Notes: generated by a model from the sequence alone, not told the origin. A stretch of 47,266 nt of DNA from Oscillospiraceae bacterium (GCA_015063495.1 SVUB01000003.1:1-47266), one strand, 5' to 3'. Positions 17,794-26,709 are shown, counted from the stretch's first letter. A program made the numbers and translations.

Positions 17794-19354
17794 TTTTACT
17801 GCCCTCCTCTTGAAGTAATATAGTTTGTGAAGCAGGCGGCGGTAGGATCATATCCTCTTGCTTACGTCGTTCGGCATTATCCGTCCAGTCGCCTCCATAA
17901 TGTTCTCTTGTAACCTGTTCATTGGTTTTCCAACCTCTGTCAACAGCTATTGCATTTGCGTTCGCTTCTTTGAGCGGATCAAGATGCGTCTGTGCAGGAC
18001 CGTCCCAACGTGCGCCACACCATGCGTCTCTGACAAGCGGATCATTGAAGAATCCGGGAGCTTTTATCCGTCCGAGAGCCACCGCTTCGGCAAGCCAACG
18101 CTCGTATACAGGCTGGCAAAAATCATCTACAAGCCACGAACGACGCATTTTTATAGCTTCCCATACCTCTTCAAGTGCTCCCTTTGCGGCACTGTACGAA
18201 GAATTAAACTCCTTCATCAGCACGTCATAAGGGATTTCCATGCCTGCGCCTATCATTTTTTCATTGGTCTTTGTAAACGTCTCGAATCCTGCTGTCGGCA
18301 TCGTAGGGTTTCCGAAATTCACCTTTTCACCCGGCTGAAGATGAAGGGTCGTTCCCGGACCCATTTCATATTCGCTTTCATCTTCGCTTAAGTCGTCCGA
18401 TTCTCCGTTAGGTGCACCGATAGTGCTTCCGGCGCCGACCTCGGCAAATGGTATATCAGACGTCGGTGCTTCGGTTTCTACCCAAGCCGTAAAATACGTT
18501 TGAATCAATGCGGCCATCAGCTCAGATTCTGTGTATCGACGGAGCTGAAGGATCGGCTCAATGGCCTGCGCAAGATATGTAACTCCTCTATATTGATCGG
18601 GGCGTTCAGCGTTCATTATGTGAAGAATGTTCGGCATCCCCGTCTTTTCTCCGATGGTAGCCACTCTCTGCCATTCTGTCTGCTCGGCAGCAGCTTGATA
18701 GGGATAGGTATTGCGAATGTAATAAGCAACCGCTTTATTGCGAGAATTGATCTCCACGCCATCGAATATCTTATTTCCGTTATCGGCGCGACCTTCTATG
18801 GCTGTAAATCCCGTAGTTGATACCTTTCCTGTAGGTGTGCTTATCCTATCGGCTTCAATCAGGTGTATGCGCAACTGATGCGGATTTGTCAGCGTTGAAG
18901 CCTCTCTTGTAAAGAGCGCAAACACATCCCCCGACATGAGCCAAGATAATATAGCAAGCTGTTGGAGCCCATAGAAGTTATTTAGCCCCAATGCGTCGCA
19001 ATTCTGTTTGTTCTTTGCCCACATATTGAATTCAGCCTCGGTCATTTTCTCCCATTTCTTCGCCTCTTCCTCGGACAGGCCAAGAATAGTGCGGTTGATG
19101 GCAGATTTCATATGTAGCCCCATTCCTACAGCCTTCGTTCTGGTGGTATTGATAGCAGAAGAAGCTATTGGAGAGCTCATATACAGCATTCGGCCTCGTT
19201 GGCGCAACGTGTAATTGTTATAGTTTATATCCTCGTTCGGGGATCCGCTTCTTGCGGTAAATCCTTTCAAGGATCTCTTAGTCACGCTCGCACCGGCATC
19301 ACCATAACCTTTTACCTGTGGAGCTTTGTGCATGATCGTTTTAGGTGCGTCCAT
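17783..19354 (-). CDS. Portal protein, lambda family
   Basis: LIEADRI, ERPDQYRGV, SSYSAAKGAL, FCQPVYERWL, LDPLKEA. Confidence 0.92.
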   Translation of the reverse strand: MDAPKTIMHKAPQVKGYGDAGASVTKRSLKGFTARSGSPNEDINYNNYTLRQRGRMLYMSSPIASSAINTTRTKAVGMGLHMKSAINRTILGLSEEEAKKWEKMTEAEFNMWAKNKQNCDALGLNNFYGLQQLAILSWLMSGDVFALFTREASTLTNPHQLRIHLIEADRISTPTGKVSTTGFTAIEGRADNGNKIFDGVEINSRNKAVAYYIRNTYPYQAAAEQTEWQRVATIGEKTGMPNILHIMNAERPDQYRGVTYLAQAIEPILQLRRYTESELMAALIQTYFTAWVETEAPTSDIPFAEVGAGSTIGAPNGESDDLSEDESEYEMGPGTTLHLQPGEKVNFGNPTMPTAGFETFTKTNEKMIGAGMEIPYDVLMKEFNSSYSAAKGALEEVWEAIKMRRSWLVDDFCQPVYERWLAEAVALGRIKAPGFFNDPLVRDAWCGARWDGPAQTHLDPLKEANANAIAVDRGWKTNEQVTREHYGGDWTDNAERRKQEDMILPPPASQTILLQEEGSKNAE

Positions 19355-19368
19355 TTTATCCTCCCATC

Positions 19369-19418
19369 AAAAAAGCGGAAGCCCGACAGCAAAGGAGCAA
19401 AATCTGTCGGTATTCCGC
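19369..19418 (-). terminator. Terminator-like hairpin inside the late operon, with an anti-SD-like loop
   Basis: GCGGAA-TA-CCGACAG [ATTTTGCTCCTTTG] CTGTCGG-GC-TTCCGC then T6, just before the portal RBS. Confidence 0.6.
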
Positions 19419-19447
19419 AGCACAGCCCTCTCGGACTAATGCTCATA

Positions 19448-19702
19448 TTAAAAATCTCTCGGCACAATAGCGAACGCTTTTCGCGACTTTCCGCCGTTCA
19501 TGATCGCTCTGTATATATCACGTTTTTTTACCGCATCCTCGATCTCACTGCCGAGAGAGTCAATATCGAATCGAGTAAGCGATCGGTTGTCGATAGTGTA
19601 ACTCTTAACTCCGCCGCTAACAAGAGCAAGTTTTGCTTCTGTCAGCTTTGTTATAAGCGTGTCATAATAGTTGAATAAGACCTTTGCCTCGTCTTTTGTC
19701 AT
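19448..19702 (-). CDS. Head-tail joining protein gpW-like
   Basis: LVSGGVKSYTIDNRSLTRFDI; start MTKDEAK at 19702. Confidence 0.8.
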   Translation of the reverse strand: MTKDEAKVLFNYYDTLITKLTEAKLALVSGGVKSYTIDNRSLTRFDIDSLGSEIEDAVKKRDIYRAIMNGGKSRKAFAIVPRDF

Positions 19703-19712
19703 ATATTTTACC

Positions 19713-21629
19713 TCACCAATCATCAAAATGATTTTGCTTTCGTTTCGGTGTTTTTTTGTGTGTAGACTTCGGGACACTCGACGATGTAGGAACAGCGCTT
19801 GCTCCGGTTAATTTTTGCTGTAAAGCGTCATAATCGGGAGATAACGTCTTTTCTGCCGCATTTGCGTAGTTTCTACAGTCGAGAGCTTCGTTTCGCTCGT
19901 GTCCGGGGATCTTTTTCCACACGTACTTCTTGGTTTTTGGGTCGTATACGTTGGCCTCTGAAAGAAGGCTTTTAAAATAAGCAGATCCATAGTCATCTCG
20001 CTTCGGAAAATGGCAATATTTACTTCCGGGCTCTTGCACTCTGAGATTTGCCATAATAATATGCTTTCCGGAATCGACGCCAAGTTTATACCACCAACAG
20101 GTGCCAATAGCTTTTCCGCCGATAACGATCTTCTGTTTTTTTGGCGGAGCTGTATAGGGAACGTCGCCTCCGGCACCTTTGATAGCAAAAACCTTTTTTC
20201 CCAGACGTTCTCGGCATTTTTGACGCACCTCGTTTGTGAAGTGTCCGCCTTCATCTACAAACGTCGTAGATATTCTGAGACCGACGCCGTTTCTGTATCG
20301 ATATACGTGATCGAGAACATTGTCCAGCTCTTCCCATACCTCGTCTGTATCGGGGCGCCCCATTATGATGCCTTTTTTAATACCCCAGTTTTCGCCGAAA
20401 TGACGATATCCGACCACCTCATATTCAAGACGGTCATCCTGTGTATCAACGCCGCAGGTAAGACATAGAACACCGTCGGGAAGTTCAATTGGATTTCCGT
20501 TATCATCTGTGCCGTAATCTTCCCTACGAGACATAACACTATTTTCATCTTCGATCTCACCTCGATTTTCCCAAAGCAAGCCAAAACGAGTATTATATAC
20601 GACCTGCATTCTTTCGGGGTCTCCGAGTGCCTTGAGATATTCGATGATGCTTGATTTCCATGATGCCCAAGGAGACACCCATGAAGTAAGTTTGAACGAA
20701 CGTGTTTGATTCCGCACATATGCTTCGGGATTATCTGCTATCCACTTTGCGTCCTGCGTCTTTATTTCATGCTCGGTACAGGTTCCACCGCATTCGGGGC
20801 AGATATAGAATATGTCCGTAACATCAAACGATTTGGCGTTTCCGACCTTGTTCTCGGTGTATTCAAAGCGTATCTGTTCAAATGTTATCTCACTGTATTC
20901 GCCACAATGAGGGCATTTATTACACCAACGTTCCATCGTGCCTTCGTTGTAGGACTTCTCAATATTGCTGGATCCTTTTATCGTAGGAGTCGATACTTCG
21001 ACAGCCTTTGAGTTATAAAACGTTAGCTGACGTATACGAGCAAGCTCCCAAGGGTCGCCCTCGTTTCCGGCTGATGCCTCCCAGCGGTCGCGTTCGTCGC
21101 CGAAGATGTATCGAATAGGCTTTGAACAAAGGTCGTGGGCCTCGCCTGAACCACATAAAGTAAGTATTCCACCGGGATAAGATTTTTGGAGTATAGTATT
21201 GCCGGAATCACGGCTTTTAGCTTCTGCAACTTTGCTTTTCAGCACCTTGCAGTCACGTATCATAGGTGCAATGCGAAGCTTTGAATAGTCTCTTGCATCC
21301 CCCTTCGTCGGGTGAATATACAATATACTGGAGGGATCCTCCGATATTGCATAACCGACCATGTTGTTAAGCATTTCGCTCTTACCAACCTGTGAAGATG
21401 CCCAAACAACGATTCGTCTTACTTTCGGGTCTGTGAAAGCATCCATCGGTTCACGTAGATACGGCGTTCTGCTCGTTCTCCATTGACCGACTTCAGCCGA
21501 TGCTTCAGCCGAAAGTCTACGGTGTTTATCTGCCCATTCCGAAACGGTAAGATTTTCAGGAGGCTTCATGCCGGCTATAGCTTTAGCTATCGCGGCATTC
21601 AGCTTCTTTACATCATTCGTCGTCATCAT
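19713..21629 (-). CDS. Terminase large subunit (lambda GpA family)
   Basis: SQVGKSE Walker A, DERDRW, STPTIKG, GVDTQDDR, ERNEALDC; start probably about 21629. Confidence 0.95.
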   Translation of the reverse strand: MMTTNDVKKLNAAIAKAIAGMKPPENLTVSEWADKHRRLSAEASAEVGQWRTSRTPYLREPMDAFTDPKVRRIVVWASSQVGKSEMLNNMVGYAISEDPSSILYIHPTKGDARDYSKLRIAPMIRDCKVLKSKVAEAKSRDSGNTILQKSYPGGILTLCGSGEAHDLCSKPIRYIFGDERDRWEASAGNEGDPWELARIRQLTFYNSKAVEVSTPTIKGSSNIEKSYNEGTMERWCNKCPHCGEYSEITFEQIRFEYTENKVGNAKSFDVTDIFYICPECGGTCTEHEIKTQDAKWIADNPEAYVRNQTRSFKLTSWVSPWASWKSSIIEYLKALGDPERMQVVYNTRFGLLWENRGEIEDENSVMSRREDYGTDDNGNPIELPDGVLCLTCGVDTQDDRLEYEVVGYRHFGENWGIKKGIIMGRPDTDEVWEELDNVLDHVYRYRNGVGLRISTTFVDEGGHFTNEVRQKCRERLGKKVFAIKGAGGDVPYTAPPKKQKIVIGGKAIGTCWWYKLGVDSGKHIIMANLRVQEPGSKYCHFPKRDDYGSAYFKSLLSEANVYDPKTKKYVWKKIPGHERNEALDCRNYANAAEKTLSPDYDALQQKLTGASAVPTSSSVPKSTHKKTPKRKQNHFDDW

Positions 21630-22239
21630 CTGCCCCGAGAGTAACGTCACGCCCATAACGTTCTTTTACCCTCTCTCTGTATTTTTCGGGATCGTATTCA
21701 TAAGACGAAAGTTCGTCCATGAGAAGATACACCTCTTTTTGAATCCGCGCTGATATTTCAGCGGGATCGGAAATGCCTGCAAGATCAACGGAAAGCCGTC
21801 CCGGAAGAGCGAGCATCGCTCCTCTTATGGCGTATATCAGATCGGCAGTCATCGACGCAACGTCCTCAGAACGGTGCATTTTACCCTTGAGCTCTTTCAT
21901 TTCGTAATCAAGCATCGTTGTCTTTATCTTTTTTGCTTTGACGTCGGCTTGTCGCTTTTCTATTTCAAGCTTCTGAATGTCCGGGTTATCGCTTCGCTCT
22001 TCTACCCTCTCTTCGAGCATTTCGCAGTATGCTTTAATGTTCGGCAAAAGCTCATATAATGATCCGTGTTTTGTCTTGGTTTTGTTCAGTGTTCCCTGCG
22101 AGGTGAGCTGTCCGATCCACTGATTTGATTTTCCTGTTATTGCACATATATCGGCAGTTTTAAGAAAAACGGGAGTTCCAGCTTGCAAAATATAAACCGA
22201 ATTTTTATCCAAAACAGCATTTTTTTCACCTTTTGCCAC
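21613..22239 (-). CDS. Terminase small subunit
   Basis: N-terminal HTH-like segment (ICAITGKSNQWIGQLTSQG), coiled coil, LKGKMHRSEDV...LALPGRL; upstream of the large subunit. Confidence 0.85.
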   Translation of the reverse strand: MAKGEKNAVLDKNSVYILQAGTPVFLKTADICAITGKSNQWIGQLTSQGTLNKTKTKHGSLYELLPNIKAYCEMLEERVEERSDNPDIQKLEIEKRQADVKAKKIKTTMLDYEMKELKGKMHRSEDVASMTADLIYAIRGAMLALPGRLSVDLAGISDPAEISARIQKEVYLLMDELSSYEYDPEKYRERVKERYGRDVTLGADDDDE

Positions 22240-22278
22240 AGGAAATCACCCCCCTTTTTTCATATTTTTTGCAGCAAA

Positions 22279-22303
22279 AAAGCAGATATTAAATATCTGC
22301 TTT
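22279..22303. repeat. Perfect 12-bp inverted repeat upstream of terS
   Basis: aaagcagatatt-a-aatatctgcttt. Confidence 0.85.
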
Positions 22304-22358
22304 AATGATTTTCAATTAAAGTCGCTTGAATTTTTCGCCCACTAACTGTGCGCTTTTT

Positions 22359-22402
22359 GGGGTCAGCGAGCCCGCAAGGTGCTTTCACATCTTTACAGTA
22401 CC
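22359..22402 (-). other. Candidate cos/packaging initiation region
   Basis: AGGTACTG...GCGGGCTCGCTGACCCC upstream of terS; partial resemblance to lambda cosN GGGCGGCGACCT; GpA-type terminase. Confidence 0.4.
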
Positions 22403-22449
22403 TTGATACCCCCCTCTCACTCCCCTTTCATCTGCTTTTCGCAGTATAC

Positions 22450-22483
22450 AGTATATCACAGAGGAGGCGGACAAAACGGACAA
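22450..22483 (-). promoter_or_regulatory. Putative activator-dependent late promoter
   Basis: Direct repeat TTGTCCG x2 (9-bp period, 22468-22483) in place of a -35 box, plus extended -10 TGaTATACT (22450-22458), downstream of the RinA/ArpU-like gene. Confidence 0.6.
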
Positions 22484-22495
22484 CTTTTATCTACT

Positions 22496-22576
22496 ATGCC
22501 ATTTTGAGTGAAACGAAGAATCTCATAAAGAGTAAACTAACCACTGTAAGATCCCTTACTGAATTCAGGATGACAT
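22496..22576 (-). repeat. Degenerate REP-like palindromic element
   Basis: ATGTCATCCTGAATTCAGTAAGGGATCT...AGATTCTTCGTTTCACTCAAAATGGCAT; arms are imperfectly complementary and resemble the TGTCATCCTGAG...GGATCT/AGATTCTTCG...CTCAGAATGACA repeat type as I recall it. Confidence 0.55.
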
Positions 22577-22987
22577 AGAGGAGTGCTTTCTGTTGTATCT
22601 CTCAAGATAATGCTCACAAGCCTTGCGCACGCTGTCCTCACTGTTTCCGCCGCCTATCCTCTGTGCAGTCTGCCGCCACGTATACATATCGATGAAATGA
22701 TAAGCCACAATGAGCTTCACGTGAAAGTCGTCGATGTTATGTATGAACTGCTCTATCTCCGTCTCTTTCGCCACGTATTCAAGCTTTTGTGCTTCAAGCT
22801 CGTTTTTAAGGTCTATCAGCTGTGCCATCTCCGTAGCAGTGACGTTGCGTGAGGTAGGACTTCTCGGCATACCCGAGAAATTCGTACTCGCAGGATCAAG
22901 AAGAGCCTCCACCTCTGCTATGCGAGCCTCTGTCCTCTTTATCAGCTTTTTGAGATCGTTCAAGCGGTATAATTCCTTTAAGGTCAT
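22565..22987 (-). CDS. Late transcriptional activator (RinA/ArpU-like)
   Basis: MTLKELYRL...SGMPRS...YTWRQTAQRIGGGNSEDSVRK; directly upstream of the packaging genes. Confidence 0.75.
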   Translation of the reverse strand: MTLKELYRLNDLKKLIKRTEARIAEVEALLDPASTNFSGMPRSPTSRNVTATEMAQLIDLKNELEAQKLEYVAKETEIEQFIHNIDDFHVKLIVAYHFIDMYTWRQTAQRIGGGNSEDSVRKACEHYLERYNRKHSSMSS

Positions 22988-22995
22988 AGCTCACC

Positions 22996-23457
22996 TCAGA
23001 ACGGCAGGCCTTCGTTGCCCGCATCGAAGCAGACGGGCTCAAAGCTCGGTGCACCGGTGCCGCCCGCAAACCTCGGAGCATCATCCGAGGGCGCAGAGAC
23101 AGAACCGAGCGCTTCGGTCTCGGCCTTTGAATCGACAAACTTAAATGAATCGGCAACAAAGACGGTAGCAGTCCGCTTCTGAGAGTCTCTTGTCTCAAAA
23201 GTATTAGTCCGTATAGCCCCTGCAAGGAATATCGAGGATCCTTTTCGGAAATACTTTCCGATAGTCTCGGCCATAGTTCCGTATACCGTCACCGTAAAGA
23301 AGTCGGTAGGCGGCTCCTTCCCCTGCTCTCCACGATCACGCCTCACCGCTACTCTGACCTCAAGCACCGAAGAACCGATCCCTGCTATCATCTTGACCTC
23401 GAGATCTCGGCATATCCTGCCCGCTATCTCAAATCTCGTTAAATTAAAATTCGCCAT
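22996..23457 (-). CDS. ssb: Single-stranded DNA-binding protein
   Basis: GRICRDLE...TDFFTVTVYGTMAE...YFRKGS; acidic tail ending LPF. Confidence 0.92.
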   Translation of the reverse strand: MANFNLTRFEIAGRICRDLEVKMIAGIGSSVLEVRVAVRRDRGEQGKEPPTDFFTVTVYGTMAETIGKYFRKGSSIFLAGAIRTNTFETRDSQKRTATVFVADSFKFVDSKAETEALGSVSAPSDDAPRFAGGTGAPSFEPVCFDAGNEGLPF

Positions 23458-23503
23458 CTGTTCCTTCCTCCTCTGTTTTTGTTTGTATTCTCTTACTTAC
23501 TTT

Positions 23504-23618
23504 ATGCGTAAATTTTTAATCCGCACTCCCGCCGAGCACGCCATAGGACGATTCATTGGGACGCTATGTAAAGTAAGCAAAATATAAGGGCGGTATTTCG
23601 TCTTAAAAATTTACGCAT
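23504..23618. repeat. Perfect 16-bp inverted repeat between rep and ssb (candidate origin)
   Basis: atgcgtaaatttttaa (23504-23519) and ttaaaaatttacgcat (23603-23618). Confidence 0.85.
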
Positions 23619-23666
23619 TTACAAGGCTATAAAAACGCCGACCTTTTCGGCAATTTTTATTTCCCC

Positions 23667-24419
23667 TTACGGGGAGTCTTTCGGGGGCCTTCCCCGTTTT
23701 CTTTTTTCTGAAAGTCTTATGTATTTATAATATAGGAAACCAAAATCCGTCACCGAAGCGGAGACGAGCACGTATCCACGGGGAGCCTTTGGAGGCTTGT
23801 CCTTTGTGTAAGCTCTCTTTACCTCGGTCGCCTTTTCTTCCTCGGGCGAGCGCAGATTTCTCGTTGACATATAGTGGTGACCGCCCTGCTCGACAGACCA
23901 GTGGTCGAAAAGATAGTTAGCAAGGCCGGTATAATCCTGTCCGTAGTTGACGCCGTCGTAGAAATTATGATGGCGCAGAGGCTCGACACGCTTAACCGTG
24001 CCGAGCTGCCAGCTTTTCTCTATAAAGTCCTTCGGAACGCCGTCCGAGAGCATATGAAAGTGAATACGGTGAGTGCTTTTACCTCTTCCCATATAGATGA
24101 TTATCTTTGCGCCGGGAAATGCATATTGAAGACGTCTGCGGTAAAGAGCTCGAAGTCTGCGTGCCTCGTCGAATGTGTGAACCTCGTGGGCGTCGTCAAA
24201 GGTAAGCGTGCTGTAAAAGGACGACGGAGAAAAATTCTCATTGACAAGCCTTGCATGCTTGCGCCTTGCGATACCTATGCGGTGTGCCGCCCTCTCCGCT
24301 TCGTTCTTGAAACGAACACGAGGCGAGCTTGCGCCGATATTCTTAACCCTGTCCGAAACGCTGTACACGATCTGCTCACATACCACGCCCGAGAATATAC
24401 GCTTCTTAACTCGCCTCAT
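23667..24419 (-). CDS. HUH-family rolling-circle replication initiator-like protein
   Basis: Motif 1 STLTF, motif 2 HRIHFHML, motif 3 LANYL; adjacent to ssb. Confidence 0.75.
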   Translation of the reverse strand: MRRVKKRIFSGVVCEQIVYSVSDRVKNIGASSPRVRFKNEAERAAHRIGIARRKHARLVNENFSPSSFYSTLTFDDAHEVHTFDEARRLRALYRRRLQYAFPGAKIIIYMGRGKSTHRIHFHMLSDGVPKDFIEKSWQLGTVKRVEPLRHHNFYDGVNYGQDYTGLANYLFDHWSVEQGGHHYMSTRNLRSPEEEKATEVKRAYTKDKPPKAPRGYVLVSASVTDFGFLYYKYIRLSEKRKRGRPPKDSP

Positions 24420-24434
24420 GTCTTTTTCCTTTCT

Positions 24435-24833
24435 TTATTTCTGCCTGTTTTTCTTCACCTCGAGAGCCTTGTCTCTATCAAAAAACGCCGTCTTTCCTAT
24501 GCTGTCAAAAGAGATCCGCCCGATCGTACTGCCGTAAAGTGATCTGACCGACAAATATTTTCCGGGATGTGCTCCGTCGCCTCTTATCTCAAATCCCGTT
24601 ACCTTGAACGACACGACCGCTCCGTCCGCAGCCACCTTGTAAACGGTGTCCCCTATATTGCAAGGAAGCTCCAGCATATTCGCACGTGTTGCAACGTTCG
24701 GCACACTAACGTCTATCTCAAGTATTCTTTTAATAAGCTCAGCGTTTGCTCTTGAATTAAGAATGAGCTTAAGCTCTCCGTCTTCATATAGACCGTAGTC
24801 GCAAACTACGTCCTTAATTTCATAAGTTATCAC
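24435..24833 (-). CDS. Hypothetical phage protein
   Basis: LPCNIGDTVY...IGKTAFFDRDKA motif of the kind seen in phage early accessory genes. Confidence 0.6.
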   Translation of the reverse strand: MITYEIKDVVCDYGLYEDGELKLILNSRANAELIKRILEIDVSVPNVATRANMLELPCNIGDTVYKVAADGAVVSFKVTGFEIRGDGAHPGKYLSVRSLYGSTIGRISFDSIGKTAFFDRDKALEVKKNRQK

Positions 24834-25294
24834 TCCGCACCGCCTTTCAAAAGCTCGGGGTTATCGTGTATGTTTCCAATGACAGTAAAATAGTCTGTGT
24901 TCCACATTTCATCTTCTTCGCTTTTCCAAAAACTTGTCCATTTTTGGTCATCTGGATGTACATCGTCATAATCCAAAGGCTCAAACCCCACACATCCATA
25001 TTGAATAGTTATTTTTACAAACACATGGTCACCACCAAGAATGCTAAAGTCACAAATATCCCCCTCAAAAATCTTCTTGCCGTTCTTGTCGGTCAAGCCT
25101 GTGTATTGTTCTATGGAAGATTGTTCTACAAAAATATCTTTTCCTCCTGTGCAAATACAGTAGCAATTTTCTTTTCGCAGATTAAAGGCTTCGGGGCTTT
25201 CGTGATTAAAATTCGGGTGGAATGTTTTCATTATTCCACCGTGCACCCAAGAGCCGTCACTTATTCTCTTCCCCCTAAACAAAATCTCTCGCAT
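24830..25294 (-). CDS. YopX family protein
   Basis: MREILFRGK...QYTGLTDKNGKKIFEGDI...VIGNIHDNPELL; start at 25294. Confidence 0.9.
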   Translation of the reverse strand: MREILFRGKRISDGSWVHGGIMKTFHPNFNHESPEAFNLRKENCYCICTGGKDIFVEQSSIEQYTGLTDKNGKKIFEGDICDFSILGGDHVFVKITIQYGCVGFEPLDYDDVHPDDQKWTSFWKSEEDEMWNTDYFTVIGNIHDNPELLKGGAE

Positions 25295-25295
25295 A

Positions 25296-25646
25296 TCATT
25301 CACCGCCTTTCTCGGTTGGGTGGTCGAGTGGCAAACAAGCCATTTTGCAATAACTGATATATTCTTCTTTATCAATCAAAACAGTATCATAATTTTTGTA
25401 TTTCTTGCAAAGGTCTATTGTCATATGCACAGGCTCATCCTTTTTGATAATATCGCCATAACCACTATCTAACCAATCTTGCAAAGAATACACTTCCGCT
25501 TTGTTTGGATATTGTGTGTAATCAGCAAAGCATCTTTTTTCATCATCTTTTGTTTGATGCCAACCCCACAAAACGCAAGGCTTTCCGAACTTCCATTTCC
25601 ATTCTGTGTGCTTAATGCTAATTGCTAAATACTTTCGTTCTTTCAT
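25296..25646 (-). CDS. Hypothetical phage protein
   Basis: Coupled ORF, lower GC. Confidence 0.6.
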   Translation of the reverse strand: MKERKYLAISIKHTEWKWKFGKPCVLWGWHQTKDDEKRCFADYTQYPNKAEVYSLQDWLDSGYGDIIKKDEPVHMTIDLCKKYKNYDTVLIDKEEYISYCKMACLPLDHPTEKGGE

Positions 25647-25957
25647 TTCCCCTCATCTTCCTTTCTCATATGCGCTCCGCAGTTAGGGCAATAGTTGTAT
25701 TCCACTTTTGCGTAACTATCCGCATCAATATAAGAATAACGGCACTCGGAGCATTTGAACTCGGCTTCAACCGAGCTTCTATTTATTAGCCACTCCCCCT
25801 CGCTCTGCTTGCGGTAGTCTGCGTTGTATGCTCTCTCTGCGTAATACATAGCGAGACAACGCTTGTTGCCACATTGTTCACACGACTTAATACTTGGGTG
25901 CTTTGGAATATCGCATAAATCCCAAGCCATTTCCTCAATCTGCTTCTCTTTGCTCAT
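25643..25957 (-). CDS. Zinc-ribbon phage protein
   Basis: GEW...CSEC...YCPNCGAHM; start MSKEKQIEE at 25957. Confidence 0.7.
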   Translation of the reverse strand: MSKEKQIEEMAWDLCDIPKHPSIKSCEQCGNKRCLAMYYAERAYNADYRKQSEGEWLINRSSVEAEFKCSECRYSYIDADSYAKVEYNYCPNCGAHMRKEDEGK

Positions 25958-26204
25958 TGTCTGCTCTCCTGTTCCACATCGACGCTGCAACGGCTGCGGC
26001 CTGTTCTTTTGTATATCTGGTAGATTCGTCAAGCTCCCCACCGCTCTTTTCGGTATACGCAGGATGGTCTATAAGCACCGCATGCGTAACCACATGGCAA
26101 GAGCGACACCTTACACGTATTGCATCATCGAGGTAAACGTGGCAATTTACTATCTCTCCCTCTCCACCGCAAAACGGACAGGGCTTAAGTTCTGTTTCTT
26201 TCAT
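25935..26204 (-). CDS. Lar-family restriction alleviation-like protein
   Basis: ELKPCPFCGG...C..C...AASMWNRR; start at 26204. Confidence 0.75.
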   Translation of the reverse strand: MKETELKPCPFCGGEGEIVNCHVYLDDAIRVRCRSCHVVTHAVLIDHPAYTEKSGGELDESTRYTKEQAAAVAASMWNRRADNEQREAD

Positions 26205-26709
26205 TGATGCACCTCTCCGCAAAGCTTTTTGCCTTTTCGGGGTCAAGGAAAACGATCTTACCGAAATCCTCTCGTCTGAGCCGTCTCGCAATGTCGGACG
26301 ACGCCCCTCTCGCCCTGTATTCGTATCTCCCGTCACGACTTGTCACCGTCACGTCGCTGACCTCCATGCGCTCTATCGTCGGGTGCTCGATATCGGGATT
26401 CATAAACTGCCAGCAGTCATATATCACGTCCCCGGGACGAACGGGAAGCTCCACGAGCTTCTTTTTCATCTCGGCTATCTCTGCCCTAAGTCCGTTTATA
26501 GTCTCAACCGCACCGTCATAGAGCTGCTTTACCGTTTCCACGTCATCGGGAGAGAGCCCCGACGCCTCATAGTCCTTTAATTTACATATACAGCTGTAAA
26601 GCTCGGGCGAAAGGGCGGACATATCCACCCCGTCGACCGAAAAATTCCCTCTCCCGTCTCTCTTTACGAGACAGCTTCGCTTTGGATATCCGATATTTCC
26701 ATTGCACAT
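26185..26709 (-). CDS. Hypothetical phage protein
   Basis: KLKDYEASGLSPDDV...LPVRPGDVIY...FGKIVFLDPEKA; start uncertain. Confidence 0.6.
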   Translation of the reverse strand: MCNGNIGYPKRSCLVKRDGRGNFSVDGVDMSALSPELYSCICKLKDYEASGLSPDDVETVKQLYDGAVETINGLRAEIAEMKKKLVELPVRPGDVIYDCWQFMNPDIEHPTIERMEVSDVTVTSRDGRYEYRARGASSDIARRLRREDFGKIVFLDPEKAKSFAERCINERNRT

